Assembly: GCA_036266075.1 (NCBI GenBank)
Contig: DATANV010000015.1
Span: 52,686-116,685, forward strand
Source of the DNA: Solirubrobacterales bacterium
GTDB taxonomy: Bacteria > Actinomycetota > Thermoleophilia > Solirubrobacterales > 70-9
Length of the DNA: 64,000 nucleotides
Direction of reading: 5' to 3'
Below the pieces are notes generated by a model, which had not been told where the DNA came from, searched no databases, and was given only the letters and a program-made list of their open reading frames with translations. The position numbers and the translations under genes were made by a program. Of the stretch, positions 24,308 through 32,800 are shown in pieces; positions within the stretch are counted from its first letter, which is position 1; every line of letters starts with the position of its first letter.

Positions 24308-26197
24308 ATGACTCGGATGAGCCATATTCACAGTGTGCCTCGAAGAGGTGCGCACGGCGGCATGGCGGGATTGGTCGCCATCGCGGTGGCCGCGCTGGCG
24401 GCGATCGTTATGGCGCCTGCCGCCCAGGCCGAATTCAGCCTCGCCAAATGCGAGGGCACCAACATCACCGGCGAAGGCGCCTCTTTCCAGAAAGAAGCGC
24501 AGGAACTCTTCAACGAACACTTCGGTCCCGACTATTGCTTCGGCACCGGCGGCGAAGGTCTCAGCGTCACCTACAAACCGGAAGGCAGCGGCGCCGGCAT
24601 CAAAGCGGCCCAGCTGCGCGAACGGCCGGCGCGCTTCGGGGCGACCGACGACCCGCCGACCCCGGCGCAGGTCGCGATCATGAACTCGGGCGGTAAAGAA
24701 GAAGCCGGCAAAGTCGTCGCCGACACCGACCCGAATGACGATGCCAAAGTGCACGTCGTGCCGATCGCCGTCGGTGCCGTCGCGCCGTTGGTGAATCTGC
24801 CCGAGGGCTGCAACGTCGAACTGCTCAAAGACGAATACCGCACGGTTTCGAAAGCGGAAATCGAAGCGACGCCGGCCAAGAAAGGCCTGCTGCGGATCCG
24901 CATGCCGAAGACGGTGTTCGAGAAAGTCTGGGGCTTCGAAGCGGGCTTCCAGACCTGGGACACGGCCTTCCCCGAACTGGCGGCCGACAGCGACTGCCAG
25001 AAACCGATCATTCGCGTCGTCCGCTTCGACCAGTCCGGCACGACGTTTGCCTTCAAGAGCTACCTGAACGCGATCAACCCGAGCCGCAACTGGCTCACCA
25101 CCTACGCGACCGGCGCCAACGAAACCAAGGAGTGGCCCGGCGCCGAATACGGCTCGGGGGGGCAGTGCGGCGGAACCGCGGCTCCCGGCAAAGGCGCCGA
25201 TGCCACCGACCACCTGACCAGCGGTTGCGCCAACGGCAACGGCAAACTCGTGCCGGTCCTGCAGGCGACCGACGGCTCTATCGGCTATTCGGACCTGGCG
25301 ACTGCCCGCTCCCTGGGCGTGCTCGTCAACCCGGCCGGCGTCGAAGCGCCGACGACCCCCTACTGGACGCAGGTGCAGAACGGCGAAGGCAACTTCACCG
25401 AGCCGACCTTCTCGGCCACCGGTTATCAGACCGCTGGCGCGCGCGGGTCGAACTGCAAATCGGTGACCTTCACCGGCATTCCGAGCGGTGAACACGCGAC
25501 GTTCGAAGATTGGTCCAAAGCCAGCGGCGTCAACTCGCCGCAGGGCTTCGGGATCTGCACCCTGACCTACGCCCTGCTGTTCGACGACAACGCTGCCGCC
25601 TACGGCGCCAGCGGTGCCGAGGAAGCCAAGGCCCGCACGGCTAAGGACTACTTCGCGAACGTCGTCGGCGTTGGCATGCAGGGTCAGTTGTTCGGCCGCG
25701 ACTACGCCGCGCTGCCCGAATCGATCCGCCAGATCGCCCAAACCGGCGTCAACGAAATCGGCTGGAACAAGGCCAACGAAAAAGGCAACGAACCGGAAGA
25801 AACGCCGAAAGGCGGGGAGGAAAAAACGACCCCGACGCCCCCGCCTCCGGTCGCACCGCCGAGCAACGACATCACCCTCGGCCGCACGACGGTCTCCTCG
25901 AAAACCGGTTCGGCGAGCCTCTCGGTGAACCTGCCGGCTGCCGGCAAGCTAGACGTGCTCGGCACGGCAAGAGTCGGCAAAAAGAAGATCAAAGTGGGTC
26001 ATCTCGTTCTCACCGCCGCTGGCCCGGGCAACTACAAGGTGACGCTGAAGCCGAACGGCGCTGCCAAGCAGGCCCTGAGAAAAGCGGGCAAGCTGGCGGT
26101 GACGCTGACGCTCACCTTCACCCCCGACGGTGGCGCGGCGAGCACCAAGACGCAGAGCGTGATGCTGAAGCTGGCCGTCAAGAAAGGCCACGGATAG
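24308..26197 (+). CDS. Secreted PstS-family (phosphate/anion-binding PBP) protein fused to a basic C-terminal module
   Basis: Signal peptide ...APAAQA. PstS-like motifs EGSGAGIKAAQ...FGATDDPP and FDQSGTTFAFKSYL. Pro/Glu linker, then ...ASLSVNLPAAGKLDVLG...GNYKVTLKPNGAAKQALRKAGKLAVTLTLTFTPDGG. Confidence 0.75.
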   Translation: MTRMSHIHSVPRRGAHGGMAGLVAIAVAALAAIVMAPAAQAEFSLAKCEGTNITGEGASFQKEAQELFNEHFGPDYCFGTGGEGLSVTYKPEGSGAGIKAAQLRERPARFGATDDPPTPAQVAIMNSGGKEEAGKVVADTDPNDDAKVHVVPIAVGAVAPLVNLPEGCNVELLKDEYRTVSKAEIEATPAKKGLLRIRMPKTVFEKVWGFEAGFQTWDTAFPELAADSDCQKPIIRVVRFDQSGTTFAFKSYLNAINPSRNWLTTYATGANETKEWPGAEYGSGGQCGGTAAPGKGADATDHLTSGCANGNGKLVPVLQATDGSIGYSDLATARSLGVLVNPAGVEAPTTPYWTQVQNGEGNFTEPTFSATGYQTAGARGSNCKSVTFTGIPSGEHATFEDWSKASGVNSPQGFGICTLTYALLFDDNAAAYGASGAEEAKARTAKDYFANVVGVGMQGQLFGRDYAALPESIRQIAQTGVNEIGWNKANEKGNEPEETPKGGEEKTTPTPPPPVAPPSNDITLGRTTVSSKTGSASLSVNLPAAGKLDVLGTARVGKKKIKVGHLVLTAAGPGNYKVTLKPNGAAKQALRKAGKLAVTLTLTFTPDGGAASTKTQSVMLKLAVKKGHG

Positions 26198-26198
26198 C

Positions 26199-28220
26199 GT
26201 GAGCAATAGCGCCGGAAGCAGTCGGCGCCCGGCGCTGAAGAAGCCCCAGGTGGACTTCCGCGACGTCGCCCGTAGCATGGGCGGCGTCGCGGCCTCCGCC
26301 GGGCGCTGGCTCGCACGGGACCCGATCAACACGGTCCTGATCGTCGCCTCGATCGGGTTGACGATCCTCTTCTTCACCCTGCTCGGCGACATCCAGCCGA
26401 GCTCCAGCGGCACCCGGGTGCCGCTCAGTCGCGTCGAAAAGCTCGCCAAGGAAAAGCAGATCGAACTGGCGACGCTCCTCGACCAGGACTCGCGGGTCGT
26501 GGTCGACACCAAGGAAGGCCTCGAACTCTACGCCGCCTACCCGAAGTCCGATGCGGAGACCTCCAATCTTCTGAAGCAGCTGACCAGCGGCGGTGCTGTG
26601 GTCGAGATCGACCAGCAGTCCGACAAGCCGTCGAAGCAGATCATGGTCCAGTTCCTGATCCCGATCCTGCTGTTGGTCTGCCTCTTCGTGCTCTTCACCC
26701 GCCTCGGTCAGGACGCGGGAGCGGGCGCCTTCGCGGGCTTCTCGAAATTCACCGGCAAGGGCCGCAAGCGCAAGGCTGGCGCCCCCGGGCGCACGACCTT
26801 CGAAAACGTCGCCGGCGCCGGCGAAGCGGTGGCCGAGCTGCGTGAGATCCGCGACTACCTGGCCGAACCGGGCAAATACGCGAAAGTCGGCGCCCGTGCG
26901 CCGAAGGGCGTGCTGCTGGTCGGCCCCCCTGGCACCGGCAAGACGTTGCTCGCCAAGGCGACCGCCGGCGAGGCCGACGCCGCGTTCTTCTCGCTTTCCG
27001 GCTCGGACTTCGTCGAGTCGCTGGTCGGCGTCGGCGCTGCCCGCGTCCGCGACCTCTTCGCCAAAGCCCGCAAGCAGGCGCCGGCGCTGGTCTTCATCGA
27101 CGAGCTCGACGCCGCCGGGCGAAAGCGCGGCGCCGGCGTCGGCCAGGGCAACGACGAGCGCGAGCAGACGCTGAACGCGCTCCTCGTCGAGATGGACGGC
27201 TTCGGCGGCGACGCCGGCATCGTCGTCCTTGCCGCCACCAATCGCCCGGATGTCCTCGATCCGGCGCTGCTGCGCCCCGGTCGCTTCGATCGCCAGGTGA
27301 CGGTCGACGTGCCCGACGTCCACGGCCGCCTCGACATCCTCGCCTTGCACTGCGGCAACCGGCCGCTGGCGCCGGGTACCTCGCTGGAGGAGATCGCCAA
27401 GCTGACCTCGGGCTTCAGCGGTGCCGAGCTGGCCAACGTGATCAACGAGGCGGCGCTGCTGACGGTGCGCGAAGGGCGGGTCGAGATGGACCAGCCGACG
27501 CTCGAGGAGGCGATCGACCGAGTCGTTGCCGGCCCGGCCCGTAAGAGCCACGTGCTGAGCGCCGAGGAGCGCTGGGTGATCGCGATCCACGAGTCGGCGC
27601 ACGCGGTTGTCACCCGCTCGATCGGCCAGAAGGTCTCGGCCCAGAAGCTCTCGATCGTCGCCCGCGGGCGCCAGCTCGGCACCGCCGCCCACATGCTGAC
27701 CGACCGCGACGCGGTCGTTATGCAAGAGCCCGACTTGCGCCGCCACCTGATCGCGATCGTCTCCGGCTTCGCCGCCGAGCTGCTCGAGTTCGGCGTTGTC
27801 TCCAGCGGTGTCCACGACGACCTGCATGCGGCCACCGGGTTGGCGCGGCAGATGGTCACCTCCTACGGCATGTCGCCGGCACTCGGCCCGGTGACGATTG
27901 GCGAGAAAGCCGGCGAGGTTTTCCTCGGCGCCTCGCTGCAGGAGCTGGGCTCGGTCGGCCCGGCGACGCTGGAGTTGATCGACCGCGAGGTCGAGCGCCT
28001 CGTCAAGGACTCGGTCGCGCAGGCGGAGGACATCCTGCGACGCAACTGGAACGCGGTGTATGAGACCGCCAACGCACTGGTCGAGCAGGAGACGCTTTCG
28101 GGCGTCGCCCTCGACGCCGTCCTCTCGACGGTGCAGCCGACGCTGCTCTCCTTTGCCCGGGAGGAGGACGGCGAGACCGGCGAAGGCGCCGAGAGGGAGG
28201 CGCAGGCCAAGCGTGAGTAG
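26199..28220 (+). CDS. ftsH: ATP-dependent zinc metalloprotease FtsH
   Basis: Two TM segments flank a periplasmic domain. Walker A GPPGTGKT, Walker B FIDELD, SRH region, zinc site HESAHAV. The GTG start is 1 nt after the upstream stop. Confidence 0.92.
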   Translation: MSNSAGSSRRPALKKPQVDFRDVARSMGGVAASAGRWLARDPINTVLIVASIGLTILFFTLLGDIQPSSSGTRVPLSRVEKLAKEKQIELATLLDQDSRVVVDTKEGLELYAAYPKSDAETSNLLKQLTSGGAVVEIDQQSDKPSKQIMVQFLIPILLLVCLFVLFTRLGQDAGAGAFAGFSKFTGKGRKRKAGAPGRTTFENVAGAGEAVAELREIRDYLAEPGKYAKVGARAPKGVLLVGPPGTGKTLLAKATAGEADAAFFSLSGSDFVESLVGVGAARVRDLFAKARKQAPALVFIDELDAAGRKRGAGVGQGNDEREQTLNALLVEMDGFGGDAGIVVLAATNRPDVLDPALLRPGRFDRQVTVDVPDVHGRLDILALHCGNRPLAPGTSLEEIAKLTSGFSGAELANVINEAALLTVREGRVEMDQPTLEEAIDRVVAGPARKSHVLSAEERWVIAIHESAHAVVTRSIGQKVSAQKLSIVARGRQLGTAAHMLTDRDAVVMQEPDLRRHLIAIVSGFAAELLEFGVVSSGVHDDLHAATGLARQMVTSYGMSPALGPVTIGEKAGEVFLGASLQELGSVGPATLELIDREVERLVKDSVAQAEDILRRNWNAVYETANALVEQETLSGVALDAVLSTVQPTLLSFAREEDGETGEGAEREAQAKRE

Positions 28221-29841
28221 ATCGGCGACACTGGCGCTCGCGTCGGTCGCCGCCATCGTTCTTGCGGCATTGGTCGCCCCCGGCATGGCGTCGGGGGCGC
28301 TGATCTGGCGCCTGGAGCAGCCGCCTCCGCCGGCGGGAGTGCCGTTCAAGGTGCCTCTGGGGGCGCCGGGAGACCTCTCCTTCTGGGCTCCCAACAGGGG
28401 CCTGCTCAGCGTCGAAGGCAACAGCACGATCCCGCGCGGCCTCTTCAGCTGGAACGGTCAGAGCTGGCATCAGCTGGCGACCGTCTGCGGCGGGCCGGGA
28501 GACACGGCGCGGATCGCCTGGGCGGGCCCCGACGAGTTCTGGGTCCTCAGCGAACCGAGCCAGCCCCGGGCCGGCTCCGGCCTGGCTCTTTGCCGCTTCA
28601 AGGATGGCCAGGTGGTGGGCTCGTGGAGCACCCGGGTCGACGCCGCCGACCCATTCCGACAGATGCGCTCGGCCGCCTGCAACGGTGCAAACGACTGTTG
28701 GTTCGGCGGGGTCGGCTCCCAGGACGCCCTGGGCGAGCGGGTCGGCGCCTTTCACCTGCACTGGAACGGCAGCACGCTGGAAACCGTCTACGGGCCTCAG
28801 GGCCGGGCGGTCAGCGACATGGAGTTCCAGGCGGGCACGCTCTACGAGAGCACCTATGTCGGCAAGGCGGCCGAAGATCGCGTCGACCCGGTCGACCTCG
28901 CTGATCCGGAGCCGGTGCCGAGCCTTATCCACACCGTCGCCGGTCACAGCTTCGCGAACGATCCCTTCCTGCCGGCGCCCCACCCGGGCGTGCCCGAAGA
29001 CGGCACCGAGCTGCTGGCTCTCGACGGCGACGGCACCGACCTCTGGGCGGTTGGCGGCGGCGCTGCCTCGGGCCCTTCGGCGCCATCCGAAGGGGCGGTC
29101 GAACGCGCGCCCCTGGCCGCTCGCCTGGTCGCTGGCTCGTTCCAGGAGCTGAGCTTGAGCGGCGACGCCACCTTCGGGCCGACCGATCGCTTCGGTGACG
29201 TCGCCGCGATGCCCGGCAGCAGCGACGCGATGGTCACCGTCGTCCCCTACGACGAGCGGCGCAGCACCAACAGCAAGGCGATCGTCGCCAGCGTCGCCGC
29301 CGACGGGACCGTCTCGACGACAACGCTGCCCGCTTCGGGTGCCGGCCGCGGCAGCGCCGCCCGGATCGCCTGCCCGGCGCCGAACGACTGCTGGCTGGCG
29401 ACCTGGGCCGGTTGGCTCTTCCACTACGGCGATGGCACTCCGCAGCCGCTCGACACCGATCCCTTCTTCGAAGGCACGATCGAGTTCCGCCCCAACGAGG
29501 CGGCCGAACAGTTCATCCCCGACGTCCTGCCCGAAGACGACTCCCAGCTCTTCGCGCCGCCGCCGGTCGAACTCGAACAGGCGGCCGAATCGAGAACCCA
29601 CGTCAAGCGCCTGCCGCCGCTGCTGCGCAACGTGCATTCGCGACTGCGGGGCCTGACGTTGATCGTCACCTTCACGGTGACCCGCCGCGCCCGCGTCCAG
29701 CTGCTCGCCAAGCGCCGTGGCAAGACCGTGGCGCGGACGCCTCAGCGCACCTTCGCGCCTGGGCACCGGCGGCTGAGCCTGCATCTGAGTCGCGACCGCT
29801 ACCCGACTAACCTCGCCTTCCGCGTGAAGGCCCTCAAGTGA
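28213..29841 (+). CDS. Secreted protein with propeller-like (Ycf48/BNR-type) repeats and basic C-terminal module
   Basis: The GTG at 28213 overlaps the ftsH stop by 8 nt. Signal peptide [29 protein letters not shown]-terminus ...LTLIVTFTVTRRARVQLLAKRRGKTVA...GHRRLSLHLSRDR. Confidence 0.7.
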   Translation: MSRSATLALASVAAIVLAALVAPGMASGALIWRLEQPPPPAGVPFKVPLGAPGDLSFWAPNRGLLSVEGNSTIPRGLFSWNGQSWHQLATVCGGPGDTARIAWAGPDEFWVLSEPSQPRAGSGLALCRFKDGQVVGSWSTRVDAADPFRQMRSAACNGANDCWFGGVGSQDALGERVGAFHLHWNGSTLETVYGPQGRAVSDMEFQAGTLYESTYVGKAAEDRVDPVDLADPEPVPSLIHTVAGHSFANDPFLPAPHPGVPEDGTELLALDGDGTDLWAVGGGAASGPSAPSEGAVERAPLAARLVAGSFQELSLSGDATFGPTDRFGDVAAMPGSSDAMVTVVPYDERRSTNSKAIVASVAADGTVSTTTLPASGAGRGSAARIACPAPNDCWLATWAGWLFHYGDGTPQPLDTDPFFEGTIEFRPNEAAEQFIPDVLPEDDSQLFAPPPVELEQAAESRTHVKRLPPLLRNVHSRLRGLTLIVTFTVTRRARVQLLAKRRGKTVARTPQRTFAPGHRRLSLHLSRDRYPTNLAFRVKALK

Positions 29842-32800
29842 GCGGACCCGGGCAGGCCGGGCGCCTGATCGGCGCCGGGCTCGCCTTCCTGCTGGCAATC
29901 GCGCTCGCCCTGGCGACGGCCACCCAGGGCAGCGGTGCCGCCGCCCCCGGCGGCGTCGGTCCGCTGCCGCTGCTCGGCGTCGCCGATGCGCAGATGAGGC
30001 TGATGGGCACGGCGTCGGGGGGCGAGGCTTGGGGCTATCGGCAGCTGCCGCTCGCAGTCGGCGGGGTCGAAGCCGGCACGCGCCAAGTCCCCTTCGGCCC
30101 CCCGCAGGACAGCTCCGGCACGTCCCTGCAGCTCGCCTTCTTGCGCTACACGGAGGGCAACGGCTGGCGGGTCTTCGAGACGCCGGTCGACCGCAACGGC
30201 AACCCCTACCGGGGACCCGTCCCCAACCCGCTTTCGGCGCGGATCACGCCAAACGGGGGAGGGGTCCTGCTGGGCCGCGACGCGCACCGGCTGCCGAGCG
30301 ACCAGGTCGTCGTCCTCGATCACGACCCGGGCGGCTCGTGGCGGGCGCTGCCGACGCCGCCGTCCTCGGTGCTGTTGCCGGCCGAAGGCGAACGGCCGGC
30401 CGAGGCGCTCGCCGCCGATCACGGCTCGGGGGCCGTCGCGGCTGCCGCCTTCGACGAAGGCGGCCACACGGGGCTCTTCTTTGCCCCCCAGGAACGCTCG
30501 GTCGCCGATGCGGTGATCCATTTCGACGGCAGCGAATGGACTCGCGAGAAGGTCAAAGTGCCGGCGGGCTCCGAATCCGAATTCCATATCCTGGCGATCG
30601 CAGCCACCGGAGCCGGCAACGCTTGGGCGATCGCCGCGGCGGCCCCGATGCTCAAACGCTCCTTCGTCCTGCTGCAGCGCACCGCCGGCCCGGAAGGTCC
30701 CGAATGGGTCGAGCGCGGGATCGGCGCCGCGCGCTTCGCCGACGCCGACACACCGGAATTCGGGATCGAAGGTCTGGCGCCGATCGGGGGCGCCGCCCAA
30801 CCCCTGACCGTCACCCAGGACGGTGTCTGGATCGACCTCACGGCGAAGTTCGAAGGCGTCTCCAGCGACGCGACGGTCTACTACGACATCGGCGCCGGCG
30901 CGGTGATCGGCTCGTGGTGCGACGCGGACGCCTGCGACGAAGCCTTCGGGGCGAAGCTCTCGCGGCAGAGTGGCTATCGCAGCTTCGCCTGGCCCGGCTC
31001 GGGCTTCGGAACGCGGATCGTCACCAATCCGCTCGAACCTGGCGGCGGCGAAGAAAGCAACCGCGGCACCTACCTGCGGTTCGACGGTGGGGCATTCGCT
31101 CGGGTCCCCGGCGGCGGCGGCAACTTCCACGCGGGCGGGGCCTTCTCGAGCGTCGACAGCGGCTGGCTCGAGGGACCGGTCGAGATCTCCGCCAAGCGCG
31201 CGCCGGAAGCGCTGCGGCCCTGGCCGGTGACCCTGCGGGCGCCGCTCGCCGACGTCACCGGCGCCCCCGGGCAGCCGCCGGGGGCGCTCGGGTCGCAGGC
31301 GCTGGCGGTGGGCGCGAACGGCGCGGTCGCCCGCTACACGCCGGGGCGCGGCTGGCGGCGCGAGTACCTGACCACCGCCAGCGGCTCGGTCAGCAAGGCG
31401 ACGCTGCGCGGCGTCGCCTGGCCCGAACCGAATCACGCCTACGCCGTCGGCGACCTCGGCGCGATGTGGCAGTGGAACGCCGACGACGGCCTCTGGATCG
31501 CCGATCCCGGCGTGCCGATCGGCTTCGAAGGCAACCTGATGGACATCGCCTTCGATCCGGCCGACGCCAGCCGCGGCTACGCCGTCGGCAAGCACGGCGT
31601 CCTGTTGCGCTTCGAAAAGAGCTGGGAACCGCAGGCGCTGCCGCCGGGCTTCGACAGCGCCGATCTGACTTCGATCGCCTTCGCCGGCCGCGAGGCGATC
31701 GTCGCCGCCGGTGGCGATCTGCTGGTCAACGAGGGGGGCGTTTGGCAGGTCGATCCCTCCGCCCAGGCGTTGCTGGACAGCGTCCGCGCCGGCAATCCGA
31801 AGCTGCTTGCCGTCGCCGGCCTGCCCGACGGCGGAGCCGTCGCCGCAGGGCGCGACATCGTCATCGAGCGCGACGGCGGGCCGGGTTCGCCCTGGCGCTT
31901 TTCCAAGCAGCCGATCCTCGGCTCGACTGCGATTGCCGCCGCCGCGGTGCGGACCGACGCCGGCGTACGGGCGATCCTCTCCGTCGTGCCCCAGCTGGCC
32001 TACCCGCCGGCCGACGAACTGCCGCCCGAAGACCCCAACGTGCCGCCGCCGATCCTGCCGCCGTTCGCCCTGCCTGGTGACGGATACGTCCTGCGCGAGA
32101 CCTTCGACGGCTGGCAGGACGAGCAGCGCACCGCCTTCGCCGGCACCGGCTCGGACCGGCCGATCAAGAGCGACCCGACGACCGCCTTCCTGCTCGACTC
32201 GGCCGGCAACGGCTGGGCGGTAGGCGGCTGGAGCGGCGACGGCGACGCCAGCGGGCGCGGCTCCTCGGCCCGCGGTGGCGAAGGCGGCGCCCTGCGGGCC
32301 CGCGTGCGAACTGCGTCGATCGCCCGCTTTGGCGACGGTGCCGCCCCGCCGCCCGTCGAGCGCTCGGCGCCGGTGGCAGTGCCCGCCGGTCCAGCCCGCT
32401 TCGCCGTCGCCGGCAACGCTCAGTGCGAGCAGCCCTGCGCCGACCTGGCGCCCGAGGCTCTCGGGCCCGACCGCACGCTGGCTGTCGCCCTCGCCATGAT
32501 CAACGCGATGCGCGGCGGTGCCGGCCCGCGAGCCCTTCTCTACACCGGGAACCGCGTCGCGACCGGCCTCGACTTCGCCGACGGCGAACGCTACGCGGCC
32601 CTGCTGGGTGGGGTGCCGGGCCTGCCCGTCTTCCCGGCGCTGGGCTCCAGCGACGTCGGCGACGGCACTGGCAGCGACGCCTTCGCAGCTTCCTTTGCCG
32701 GCTTCCCGGCGCCGCTGGGCTCCGGCGCATCGCCACCGGGGATCTCCGTCGCAGGCATCCCCGGCGCCGCGCCAGGCCCTGGCGCCCGCACCCACTACGC

